Part shown: positions 25,097-36,425 of the stretch, one piece after another
How the letters are laid out: each line of letters opens with the position of its first letter
Position numbering within the stretch: position 1 is the first letter of the stretch
Origin: Scyliorhinus canicula
Taxonomy: Eukaryota
Direction of reading: 5' to 3'
NCBI RefSeq assembly: GCF_902713615.1
Contig: NC_052160.1
Span: 137,806,737-137,870,736 of the forward strand
DNA length: 64,000 nucleotides
Position numbers and translations under genes: made by a program
The notes under the pieces: generated by a model
What the model saw: only the letters and a program-made list of their open reading frames with translations
The model's database searches: none
What the model was told of the DNA's origin: nothing

Positions 25097-25884
25097 CCGC
25101 CACCTTGATGCCATATATTTCCTCATAATTCTGCCATTGATTGTCTTCCCATTTAATACACACATATCAAAGCCAGGGGGCGACGTTTTTCAGACCTTGG
25201 CAGTAATCATTCAGTGCGATAATATGAAAGAGTGACATTAACACTTTCTGCTGATATCTTCCCTTACGGAACATCCGACACCCCAGCCCAGCGTTTATTC
25301 ATTCACGGGATGTCGATGCTGCTGACAAACCTTCATTTATTGCCGATCCCTAATTGCCCTTGGTAAAATGTTGGTAAGCCACCACCTTGAACCCCTGCTG
25401 TCCATGTGATGCCAATACACCCACCGGTGTTGTTCGGTAGAGAGGGTTTTGACTCAGAAAAGGTGAAGGAATCATGATCCACTTACAGGTCAACTTCGTG
25501 TGGTAGTTAAGAAGGTGAAGTTGAGGTGGTGCTGCTTTACCTGTTGGCCTTGTCTTTCCAACTGGTGATGGTCACAGGTTTGGAAGGTGTTGCTGAAGAA
25601 GCCTTAGAACACTGCTGTAATGCATCCTCAACAGAGAGATGCAATCTCACCTGAACACAGCTCGTCTCTGCACAATTCCTGTTAGAGATATTTTCCCTGT
25701 GTGTACAAAGCCCAAAACTCCGAGGCATGACTACACTTTGAAAATCACCCCATAGCCTGTAAAAACTGTCAATGTGTTCAATATAATTTTCCAGAATTGT
25801 TGGGATGTTACTGATGGTCATTTTGCATAAACTGTGCGTTAATTTATTTTGTACTGTATTAATTATAATTCCTTGTTTAATCAG

Positions 25885-25991
25885 AGAGGTTCTGCTGAAG
25901 ATATGGACTATATTCCGTTGGCTGCTCTTTGCGGCTATGGCTGTTTGCTCCGCTTCAGTCACATTCTATGAACATTTTGCAAAAGGGCCAG
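25885..25991 (+). CDS. Gene 1 transmembrane exon with TM arginine
   Basis: taatcAG / GTataa, phase 2-1; (R)EVLLKIWTIFRWLLFAAMAVCSASVTFYEHFAKGP; paralog at 43287-43393. Confidence 0.75.
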
Positions 25992-26604
25992 GTATAAAAT
26001 ATGAAATCTTTTTGCTCTAATATTTACAGATATTTTACTTCAGCCTAAAAACTCAGGCACTTGGAAAGTAGCCAAGAAAAACAACACATAATCCACAAGA
26101 AATGAAGTTCTCTTTGTGAAAATGTAACGAGGGAGCCATTCGAGTGTGATAACAATGACCTTTGGGCTGAATTTTATGCTCGTCGACAGAAAGGATAAAA
26201 ATGTCAGGTCGTCAGGAGATTTTCATTTTTACGCGGGAGCGCAAGATGGGAAAAGTTGTGTAGACACTCAATGCAAAGCACTGTTTAATTAAATTTTTAT
26301 TTAAAATGCATACCTGTGTCCAATAGTGGCCTTGAACATGGGTAAGGGAGCATCAACAGTGCCCCTGGACCAGGCACAGTATGGTGCATTGTATAACCTG
26401 GAACCCATGATGTGCCCCAGAGCTGTGGGCACCAGATGCAAAATAGGTTATTGCAAACAAACCTCAGCACTTACATCAGGATGTCTCCATCCACACTCTC
26501 ACCTATTTTTTCGCCATGTATCGCTTGAAGTATTTCACTTACAGAAAGAAGCTCAATTCCTCTGTTTTCTTCATTACGATTGATTAAATTTATTTGTTAT
26601 ACAG

Positions 26605-26624
26605 TTCTGCAGGCCAGCAAATGA
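26605..26624 (+). CDS. Gene 1 probable terminal coding exon (VLQASK*)
   Basis: ttatacAG acceptor, phase 1, TGA; conserved at 44263-44282; AATAAA ~215 nt downstream in both copies. Confidence 0.5.
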
Positions 26625-26838
26625 TGGGTTCTGTGGAAACATCAGCCAGAGAACATCAATGGGATCAGAGCTGCATTCGAAGACCGGCTAGAAGGTTGAC
26701 TAATACCTACACGAATGACCAGAATATTTTCACCTTGCTTTTATAAGTTACTTTACCGTTTTGCAGTATTTTTATTCTTTATGACAATCTGAAAATCTTT
26801 GTAAAGTTTTGAGAAACTATGTGAACTGCTTTCATTAT

Positions 26839-26844
26839 AATAAA
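26839..26844 (+). terminator. Gene 1 putative polyadenylation signal
   Basis: AATAAA conserved at 44496-44501 in gene 2. Confidence 0.5.
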
Positions 26845-27021
26845 AACAACTGGATGATAACATTTCTTGATGTTTTTGATATTAAGGGGCAGTGGATGCC
26901 GGAACACGATCCAAATTTGAGGAGGAGATAGATAGGTTTTTAATTAGTGGTGGAATGAAGGGTTATGGCAATGGGCAGGATGGTGGAGATGGGGCCTGGA
27001 CGAGATCAGCCAAGGTTGTTA

Positions 27022-27362
27022 GGGGAGGCGATGGCGCAGTGGTATTGTCACAAGACTAGTAATCCAGAGACCCAGAGGTCTGGGATCCTGGGTTCCCACC
27101 ACGGCAAATGGTGAAATTTGAATTCATCTGGAATGAAAAGTATAATGATGACCATGAAGCCATTGCCGATTGTCATAAAAACCCATCTGGTTCACTAAGG
27201 TCCTTCGGGGAAGGGAATCAGCCGTCCTTACCTGGTCTGGCCTACATGTGACTCCGGACCCACACAACAATGCTTCGCCCCTCAGTTCAAGGGCAATTAG
27301 GGATGGGTAACAAATGCTGGCCCAGCCCAGCGACGCCCACATCCAAAGAGCGAATAAGAAAA
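27022..27362 (+). mobile_element. Deu-domain SINE (SacSINE1-like)
   Basis: tRNA-like head; Deu core GGTTCACTAAGGTCCTT...GCCGTCCTTACCTGGTCTGGCCTACATGTGACTCC; tail AAATGCTGGCC...CACATCC; paralog at 44681-45025. Confidence 0.75.
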
Positions 27363-27699
27363 AGTATTGAATGGTGGAGGGGTTGAATTGCCGACCCTTG
27401 CTCTTGGTTCCTATAGTCTTATGTTTGTGTCCTAATAAGTCAAATATGATTTCAGAAACTTTTATATGAACCCAGAATACATATTTAATGATATCAGTGC
27501 CTTCGTTGGGAATGACACACCTTGCTTGCAGAGGGGAAAAAATAGAATTTGGACTTGTTTTTTAACATTGCTTTCCTTGTAAAGCAAGAGAAATGGGAGC
27601 TTACATTTGGTGCACTTATTCTATCATCCTCACATTAATTTTATATTGCAATTATCAGTAAACAGCCTTCCTTCTTTAAGCTTGGGGGAGTGATTCGGG

Positions 27700-28035
27700 A
27701 TGGCACGGTCACACAGTGGTTAGCACTGCTGCCTCACACCTCCAGGGGCCCGGCTTCAATTCCGGCCTCGGGTGGCTGTCTGTATGGAGTCTGCATGTCC
27801 TCCCCGTGTCTGCGTGGGTTTCCTCCGGGTGCTCCGGTTTCCTCCCACAGTCCAAAGATGTGCAGGTTAGGTGGATTGGCCGTGCTAAATTGCCCCTTAG
27901 AGTCCAAACGGTTAGGTGAGGTTACTGGGTTATGGGGATAGGGTGGAGGCGTGGCCTTAAGTAGGGTGCTGTTTCCAAGAACCGGTGCAGACTCAATGGG
28001 CCGAATGGCCTCCTTCTGTACTGTAGAGATTCTGT
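27700..28035 (+). mobile_element. V-SINE (HE1-like), part of the inverted duplication
   Basis: Head, V-domain and tail; inverted copy at ~36085-36425. Confidence 0.85.
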
Positions 28036-28890
28036 GATTCAACGACCTCGTTGAATCCTGTAAGAGGCCTCTCGTGAGATTTGCGACGCTTGCAATGCCT
28101 CACGAGAACCAACGGAATCTCACAAGACGTCGCGATCTGGATCTTGCTCTCGCTGCGCGTGACCCAGATCGGTATATTTAAATGAGCCATTCGGTCTTCG
28201 CTGGATTCTCCCAGCACTCGGGATGTAACGGCCGCTCCTTGGAGATCTTCGTCAGGATGCCATTTGGAGCTGGTTTCCACAAACGTGGATCAGGGATCAC
28301 AGACTCAGGGTGGGGTGGGGGGGCGGGGGGGGGGGTTGCTCCCAGCCATTAGAGACCCCTGGGTGGTCAGGCACAGGGCAAGGTGATACCGTGGGACTCC
28401 CGATGGCAGCCTGGCACCTTAGCCCTGCCACCCTGGCACCTTGGCAATGCCATCTTGCTGCTGCCTGGGTGCCAGGCTGGCAGTACCATCGTGTCCAGGT
28501 AGCAGATTGACACTGATGGCGATCAGGCCCAGTGGAGCCTTTACAGGTGGAGGAGGGGTGACAGGGTGTTCCCAATGACCTCCTCAAAGTTGGGGTCAGA
28601 GGGGTCAAAAACAGGGCGGGAGGACTGAAAGTGTGCAGGGGGGGGGGGGGGGGGGGGGGAGAGAAGGATTGGGTCAGTATTTCAAAATGCGAGGTGCATT
28701 TCCTGCCGGTGAGCAGAAGCAGGAAATCGCTCAAAGTGCGGCCTCAGGGGGGAGTCACTCCCCTCGGCCAAAAGAACAGCAAAGTGCCGTTCAATATTGG
28801 GGTGTTTTTCAGCTCTGCAGCCACCCAGAAACACCCTGCTGAACGCGTGCCAACCAGACATAAACATTGTCTGCTTGAATTGCCCTGAGG
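28035..28890. mobile_element. Non-autonomous TIR element (Harbinger-like MITE), part of the inverted duplication
   Basis: Palindromic GATTCAACG/CGTTGAATC ends, internal G-runs, no ORF of recognisable function; inverted copy at ~35210-36085. Confidence 0.45.
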
Positions 28891-29279
28891 TTTCTCATCA
28901 ACCCTCTTGGGATGAAGCTCAAATCTAGTTGGATTTGTAGCTTCGGATGAGCTGTGGGGTTAGTGAAGTGCCCAATTTAACTCTGCAATCCTCGGAAGAA
29001 TTGGACTTCACAGGCTGTTGGGGGACAGGGCTTACACTCTGCAAATTTATATCACTGCATGTGTGTCCTGATTGTACATGCTTCACCTGAACCAATTGAC
29101 TGTTGTTTCTACAACCCTTTGGTTAGATAGTTCTGTTTTTGGTACATTTAGAATCCTTGGCTTAAATATTCCACCCATTCCTGACGATGGGATATTCCGG
29201 TCCTGCCAATGGTGACCACCCGTGATGCAATCCCGAGTGGCAGGAGATGCCAGGAAGGCAAAACACCACATTGAAATTG

Positions 29280-29935
29280 GCCAGCACAATGTTGTAGGCG
29301 TCACAGAGATGCAGCTGCAAGGAGATCAAGGCTGGGATCTACATATACAAGGTTAAGGTTGCATTGTGAGTATGGAATGAAGTTAAATCGATACCAGGGA
29401 GCGATATAGCCTCAGAAGGCGTAGAATCTCTGTGGGTAGAGTTGAGGAATCACAAAGGTAAAAAAGACCCTGATGGGAGTTATGTACAGGCCCCCAAGCA
29501 GTAGTCAGGGTGTGGGGCAGAATACAAATCAGGAGACAGAAAAGACATGTAAAAAAGGCAATATCACAATAATCTTGGGGGACTTCAATATACAGGTGGA
29601 CTGGGAAAATCAGGTTGGTAGTGGATCCCAAGAAAAGGAATTTGTGGAATGTCTAAGAGATGGTTATTTGAAGCAGCTTGTGACAGAGCCTACTAGGGAA
29701 CAGGCAATTCTGGATTTGGTGATGTGTAATGAGGCAAATTTGATGAGGGAACTTATGGTGAAGGAACCCTTAAAGAGCAGTGACCACAATATGATAGAAT
29801 TTACCCTGCAGTTTGAGAGGGAGTAGCTGGAATCAGAGGTAACGGTATTACAATTAAATAAGGGTATCTACAAAGACATGAGGGAGGAGTTGGCCAGAGT
29901 TGATTGGAGAAGGAGCCTATCAGGGAAGACAGTCG
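29280..29935 (+). mobile_element. CR1 ORF2 endonuclease fragment
   Basis: ORF 29473-29826: GVMYRPP...ILGDFNIQVDW...PTREQAILDLV...SDHNMIEF. Confidence 0.85.
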
Positions 29936-30122
29936 TCACTGTGGAAGACACCAGTGGGATTCCAGAGCTCAAATTGAATTGTTATTCATGACCCAAGTAG
30001 GAGGCATTTGGAGTAATTTCCTGCATAAAGCACCAAGAGGATAATTTATTATATTGATACACATTACAGCAAGAAGCAAAACAACCAGAAATTGAAATTG
30101 AAAAGATATTTTCACATAGAGA

Positions 30123-30292
30123 CAGCAGGATGCTCCATCCCGCCGAACCGCATTTCTGCCCCATCACGCCGGCGGGATGTTCCATTACGCTGGCCAGTCA
30201 ATCGGGTTTCCTATTGTGGGGCAGCCCACGCTGTCAGGAAACCCCCAGGCTGCCAGCAAAACGGAGCATCCCGACGGCGGAGCATCCCGCCC
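30123..30292. mobile_element. Short MITE (GGGCGGGATGCTCC-type TIR) upstream of the gene 2 promoter
   Basis: Imperfect TIRs; absent at the paralogous site ~52612 upstream of gene 3. Confidence 0.6.
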
Positions 30293-30399
30293 AATATCTT
30301 TACTTAATGTCGGAATTTGGCAATGGTCAGCCAACAAGAGATCATTTCCTCAAATTGCAACAAGTGGCATCGACACAAATAATGTTGTGAAGCAGTATG

Positions 30400-30470
30400 A
30401 TTGGTCAGCTTCTCTTATCCTGTATGTGTTGGGCAGATATTGCTGGATCAAGGAGGAAGTAAATGATTCA
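30400..30470 (+). promoter_or_regulatory. Gene 2 putative TATA-less proximal promoter
   Basis: ATTGG 30400-30404, CTTATC (GATA) 30414-30419, GAGGAAGT (ETS/PU.1) 30453-30460, TGATTCA (AP-1-like) 30464-30470; 60-130 nt upstream of the leader ATG; block conserved at 52721-52790. Confidence 0.45.
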
Positions 30471-30526
30471 TCGCAGATCTTCTGACCGATACAGAGGCAC
30501 TGAAAACTGTGGAAACCATTGGGAGC

Positions 30527-30566
30527 ATGATTATTACTGCGTTGCTGTTCCTCACTTTGATATCAA
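30527..30566 (+). CDS. Gene 2 leader (signal peptide) exon MIITALLFLTLIS
   Basis: ATG, hydrophobic 13 codons plus 1 nt, donor A|GTAAGA; phase 1 matches the V1 acceptor; paralog at 52857-52896. Confidence 0.75.
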
Positions 30567-30639
30567 GTAAGATTTTCCAATTCTATATTTGGAGTAACAG
30601 CTCATGTTTATGTCTGAGAAAAATGGCACGACGTTTCTA

Positions 30640-31440
30640 TTTTTTAAATTCAGTTCGGGGATGTGGGTGCCGCTGGTTATGCCAGCATTTATGGCCCATC
30701 CCTAGCTGCCCTTCAGAAAGTGGTGGTGAGCTGCCTTCTTGAACCGCTGCAGTCTGGGTGTAGGTACACCCACTGTGCTGTTCGGGAGGGAGTTCCAACG
30801 ACAGTGAAGGAACAGCGATCTATTTCCTAGTCAGGATGGTGAGTGACTTGGAGGGGAACCTCCAGGTGGGGGGGTTCCCAGGTATCTGCTGCTCTTGTCC
30901 TTCTGGATGGTAGTGGTCGTGGATTTGGAAGGTGCGATCTAAGGAACCTTGGTGAGTTACTGAGGTGCATCTTGTAGATGGTACACACGGCTGCCACTGT
31001 TCGCAGTGGTCGAGGGTTTGAATGTTTGTGGAAGGGGGAGCAATCAAGCGGGGCTGCTTTGTCCTGGATGGTGTTGAGCTTATTGAGTGTTGTTGGAGCT
31101 GCGCTCACCCAGACAAGTGGTGAATAAGCCATGGGGACATCACGGGGTCCAGAGTCGATGTTGAGGACTCCCAGGGCAACTCCCTCCCGACTGCATACCA
31201 CTGTACCACCACCTCTGCTGGGTCTGTCCTGCCGAATAGACAGGACATTCCCAGAAATGGTAATTGTGCAGTCTGTGACATGGGCTGTAAGATATGATTC
31301 TGTGAGTATGACTATATTAGGCTGTTGTTTAGCTAGGCTGTGAAATAGCTCTCCCAACATTGGCACAAGCCCCCAGATGTTAGTAAGGAGGAACTTGCAG
31401 GGTCGGCAGAGCTGGGTTTGCTGTTGTTATTTCCGGAGCC
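30640..31440 (-). mobile_element. L2/CR1-group LINE, internally deleted, shared with gene 3 intron 1
   Basis: ORF 30827-31366 fuses the APE start (PNIVILTESYL...DRPSRGGGT) to the RT C-terminus; 3' tail like the Deu-SINE tail; longer copy at 52960-54500. Confidence 0.75.
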
Positions 31441-31477
31441 TGGTTCGGTGTCGGGCAGCTGTCGGGCAGGCCGCCCG

Positions 31478-33278
31478 TTTTTAGCAATATATACATATAT
31501 ATATTTAGCAGTATATATATATATTTAGCAGTATATATATATTTAGCAGTATATATATATATATATTTAGCAGTATATATATATATATTTAGCAGTATAT
31601 ATATATATATATTTAGCAGTATATATATATATTTAGCAGTATATATATATTTAGCAGTATATATATATATTTAGCAGTATATATATATACTTAGCAGTAT
31701 ATATATATATATTTAGCAGTATATATATATATATTTAGCAGTATATATATATATTTAGCAGTATATATATATATTTAGCAGTATATATATATATATTTAC
31801 AGTATATATATATATATATTTAGCAGTATATATATATATTTAGCAGTATATATATATATTTAGCAGTATATATATATATTTAGCAGTATATATATACTTA
31901 GCAGTATATATATATATTTAGCAGTATATATATATATATATTTAGCAGTATATATATATATATTTACAGTATATATATATATATATATATTTAGCAGTAT
32001 ATATATATATATATTTAGCAGTATATATATATATTTAGCAGTATATATATATATTTAGCAGTATATATATATATTTAGCAGTATATATATATATTTAGCA
32101 GTATATATATATATTTAGCAGTATATATATATATATTTAGCAGTATATATATATATAATTAGCAGTATATATATATATATATATTTAGCAGTATATATAT
32201 ATATATATTTAGCAGTATATATATATATTTAGCAGTATATATATATATATTTAGCAGTATATATATATATATATATTTAGCAATATATATATATATTTAG
32301 CAGTATATATATATATTTAGCAGTATATATATATATATTTAGCAGTATATATATATATATTTAGCAGTATATATATATATATATATTTAGCAGTATATAT
32401 ATATATATTTAGCAGCGTGTCGCGTCTTTTCGTCCAACGATACTTCGTCCACGTCTTTTGGTCCAACGTCTTTTTGTCCGCCCGTCTTTTGGTCCAACGT
32501 CACATCGTCCAATTATCCAATTACAAATTAACTCCGTATAAAACCATTTAATTGATAAAATGCAAGTAATTGATAAAATGCAAGTAAAATGTAAGTTGAA
32601 AAATGCAGTTAAAAAGTTAAAAAATCTAAAAATGCAGTTAAAAAATCTAAAAGTTTACTAATTACTTAAAATTCCCGAAATTACTTAAAATTGATGTAAA
32701 TTGTAAATTCCCGAAATTCCCTAAAAGTTAGATTTACAGAACTGTACCCGAGAGAGAATAATGGGGAGAGGACAAGATGATTTGATATTCTACAATTCCG
32801 ACAGACACAGATATAAGTGGGAGTCTAATTGGATTTAGACAATGAGTGCAGTTCTGAAAGAAGCAGATTTAAACTCGATTTTCGTCGAGTGATTAAAACC
32901 TCTGGTTGGCAGTGGGTTCTGACATTACAGGTCTGCAATGATCAAATATTCCATCAGATACAATGGCTCTCATCACGCTGGAGCATACATGGGTGAATAT
33001 CCTGCAGTTTATCTTAATAATGTCTGGAGATCAAGCAGCACAAATGCAGAACTCAACCTCAAGAGGTGAAATAGGTGGAGAGGATCCTTGAGCAGTAACA
33101 TTGAAAAACTAAATTAAACTATTTGTAATTGGATAATTGGACGAAGTGACGTTGGACCAAAAGACGGGCGGACAAAAAGACGTTGGACCAAAAGACGTGG
33201 ACGAAGTGTCGTTGGACGAAATGACGTCGGACGAAAAGACATAGCACCATTTAGCAGTATATATATATATATATATTT
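31478..33278. repeat. AT-rich satellite TTTAGCAG(TA)n, ~45 units, interrupted by a MITE
   Basis: Fixed 8-mer with variable (TA)n spacer, 31478-32415 and 33249-33278. Confidence 0.95.
32416..33248. mobile_element. MULE/foldback-type non-autonomous DNA transposon (833 bp)
   Basis: ~110-bp near-perfect TIRs built of TTTTGGTCCAACGTC-like modules; 9-bp TSD ATTTAGCAG (32407-32415, 33249-33257). Confidence 0.85.
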
Positions 33279-33299
33279 TAAGGGCCTAACGGGTGTTTA

Positions 33300-34735
33300 A
33301 TCTTTTTTTTCCTTTTAAAGCTCTTTGGGAATTCAAATCAGAGGGGATGGAAGCTAGGGCAGTTACCAGCGCCTCCTGTAGGATGTGGATGGTGATTACA
33401 CCTGCCGGATGTGCACCCAACTCCAGCTCCTCGGAGACCGCGTTAGGGAACTGGAGCTAGAGCTGGATGAACTTCGGATCATCCGGGAGGCAGAGGGGGT
33501 GATAGAGAAGAGTTACAGGGAGGTAGCCACACCCAAGGTGCAGGACAAGAGTAGCTGGGTTACACTCAGGGGAAGGAAAAGGAACAGGCAGACAGTGCAG
33601 GGATCCTTCGTGGCCGTTCCCCTTCAAAACAAGTGTACCGTTTTGGATGCTGTTGGGGACCTACCGGGGGGAGGCCCAAGCAGCCAGGTCTCCGGCACTG
33701 AGCCTGGGTCTGTGGCCCAGAAGGGAAGGGGAAGAATACAAAAGCAATAGTGATAGGAGCCTCAATGGTTAGGGAAACGGGTAGGAGATTCTGTGGTCGC
33801 GAACGAGACTCCCGGAAGGTATGTTGCCTCCCGGGTGCCAGGGTCAGGGATGTCTCGGATTGAGTCTGCAGGATTCTGAAGGGGGAGGGGGAGCAACCAG
33901 AAGTCGTGGTGCACATAGGCACCAACAACACAGCTAAGAAAAGGGATGAGGATCTAAAAAGGGAGTTAGGTTGGAAGCTAAAGAGCAGGACAAGCAGAGT
34001 ACTGATCTCAGGATTGCTACCGGTGCCACGTGCTAGTGAGGCAAGGAACAGAGAACGAGTGCAGCTGAACACATGGCTACAGGGCTGGTGCAGGAGGGAA
34101 GGCTTCAGATATGTGGATCATTGGGATATCTTCTGGCGAAGGTGGGACCAGAACATGAAGGACGGATTGCACCTAAACTGGAGGGGCACCAATATCCTGG
34201 GTGGGAGGTTTCCTCGAGCTCTTCGGGAGGGTTTAAACTAGTTTGGCAGGGGGATGGGAACCAGAGCTATGGATCAGAGGATAGGGTAGCTGTTGAATGG
34301 GCTGAAATAGTATGCAGCAAGTCTGTGAGGAAGGATAGACAGTTGATAGGGCAAAGTTGCACTCAGTGGAATGGGTTAAAGTGTGTCTGTTTCAATGTAA
34401 GAAGTGTCAGGAATAAGGGAGATGAACTCAGAGCATGGATCAGTACTTGGAACTATGATGTGGCCATTACGGAGACATGGATTTCACAGCGGCTAGAATA
34501 GTTGTTCGATGTTTTGTGGTTTAGATGTTTTAAGAAGAATAGAGAGGGAGGTAAAAGAGGAGGGGGAGTGGCACTGTGAATTAGGGAGTGCACCACACTG
34601 CAGAAAATGTGGTAGTGGAGGAAGGTTTGTCTTCTGAGTCAGTTTGGGTGGAAGTCAGAAACAAGAGAGGAGCAGTCACTTTATTGGGAGTTTTCTATAG
34701 ACCCCCCAATAGCAGCAGTGAGATGGAGGAACAGA
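33300..34735 (+). mobile_element. CR1 LINE 5' fragment (ORF1 Zn finger and SGNH esterase, start of ORF2), degenerate
   Basis: DYTCRMCTQLQLL...; VVHIGTNN...DGLHLN; CVCFNVRSVRNK. Confidence 0.85.
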
Positions 34736-34891
34736 ACTATCTGACCAAAGGATTGTAGAAACAGCAGTCAATTGGTTAAGATGAGGCAGCTACAATCAGG
34801 ACACACATGCAGTAACATAAATTTGCAGAGTGTAAGTCCTGTCGCCCAACAGACTGGGAAGTCCAATTCTGTCCAGGATTGCAGAGTTAAA

Positions 34892-35103
34892 CTTCCTTTT
34901 TCATTTTTTTCCAATTAAGGGGCAATTTAGCGAGGCCAATCCACCTACCCTGCACATCTTTGAGTTGTGGGGGCGAAACCCACGCAAACACGGGGAGAAT
35001 GTGTAAACTCCACACGGACAGTGACCCGGAGCCGGGATCGAACCTGGGTCCTCAGCGCCCTGAGGCCACAGGGCTAACCCACTGCGCCACCGTGCTGCCC
35101 CTT
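34892..35103 (-). mobile_element. Short V-SINE with 15-bp TSD
   Basis: TSD GATTGCAGAGTTAAA at 34877-34891 and 35104-35118; empty site in arm A at ~28976-28990. Confidence 0.88.
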
Positions 35104-35769
35104 GATTGCAGAGTTAAAATGGACACTTCACTAACCCCACAGCTCATCCGAAGCTACAAATCCAACTAGATTTGAGCTTCATCCCAAGAGGGTTGATGAG
35201 AAACCTCAGGGCAATTCAAGCAGACAATGTTTATGTCTGGTTGGCACGCGTTTAGCAGGGTGTTTCCGGGTGGCTGCAGAGCTGAAAAACACCCCAATAT
35301 TGAACGGCACTTTGCTGTTCTTTTGGCCGAGGGGAGTGACTCCCCCCTGAGGCTGCACTTTGAGCGATTTCCTGCTTCTGCTCACCGGCAGGAAATGCAC
35401 CTCGCATTTTGAAATACTGACCCAATCCTTCTGCCCCCACCTTGCACACTTTCAGCCCTCCCCCCCCCCCCCTCCTTTTCACCCTTCTGACCCCAACCTT
35501 GGGGAGGTCATTGGGAACACCCTGTCACCCCTCCTCCACCTGGTAAGGCTCCACTGGGCCTGATCGCCATCAGTGTCAATCTGCTACCTGGACACGATGG
35601 TACTGCCAGCCTGGCACCCAGGCAGCGGCAAGATGGCACTGCCAAGGTGCCAGGGTGGGAGGGTCAAGGTGACAGGCTAGCAGAGGGAGTTCCAGGGTAT
35701 CACCCTGCCCTGCCCCCAACCACCCAGGGTCTCTAATGGCTGGGAGCAGCCACCCACCCCCCCCTCCCC

Positions 35770-35801
<32 letters not shown>

Positions 35802-36084
35802 ACCACCCTGTTTGGGTCTGTTTTGCCTGATCCATGTTTCTGGAAACCAGCTCTAAATGGCGTCCTGACGAAGATCTCCCAGGAGTGACCGTTACATCCC
35901 AAGTGCTGGGAGACTCCGGCGATTGCCTAATGGCTAATTTAAATATACCGATCTGGGTCACGCGCAGCGAGAGCGAGATCCAGATCGCGACGTCTCGTGA
36001 GATTCCGTTGTTTCCAGCGTCGCAAATCTCACGAGGGGCCTCTCGCAGGATTCAACGGCCTTTTTGGGCCCAACGAAGCCGTTG

Positions 36085-36425
36085 AATCACAGAAGCCCTA
36101 CAGTGCAGAGGGAGGCCATTCGGCCCATTGACTCTGCACCGGTTCTTGGAAACAGCACCCTACTTAGGGCCACGCCTCCACCCTATCCCCACAACCCAGT
36201 ATCTCACCTAACCTTTTGGACACTAAGGGGCAATGTAGCACGGCCAATCCACCTAATCTGCACATCTTTGGACTGTGGGAGGGAACCGGAGCACCCGAAG
36301 GAAACCCACGCAGACACGGGGAGAATGTGGCAAACTCCACAGAGACAGTCACCCGAGGCCGGAATTGAACCCGAGCCCCTGGAGATGTGAGGCAGCAGTG
36401 CTAACCACTGTGCGGCTGTGCCATC
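36085..36425 (-). mobile_element. V-SINE (inverted paralog of 27700-28035)
   Basis: Head, V-domain and tail on the minus strand. Confidence 0.85.

Larger units (their letters stand above)
27620..29140 (+). repeat. Arm A of a ~1.5-kb inverted segmental duplication (arm B ~34728-36490)
   Basis: Unique sequence, SINE and MITE are all reverse-complement matched to 34728-36490. Confidence 0.9.

Noticed and set aside
25537-25962. 141-aa antisense ORF preserved in both paralogs (also 42939-43364)
   Set aside because: Overlaps the TM exon antisense and a LINE-tail remnant, has no domain features; retention is plausible by chance after a recent duplication
25992-26092. Alternative tail exon DILLQPKNSG... 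after tttacAG at 26029, and read-through GIKYEIFLL* as an ITIM
   Set aside because: The implied 38-nt intron is too short for vertebrates; IKYEIF/IKYEIY lacks the Y+3 L/V/I required for an ITIM
26613-26750. Longer cytoplasmic tail via the second acceptor (GQQMMGSVETSAR...)
   Set aside because: Uses the distal AG of a tandem acceptor and the stop position differs between paralogs; more likely 3'UTR, though not excluded without cDNA
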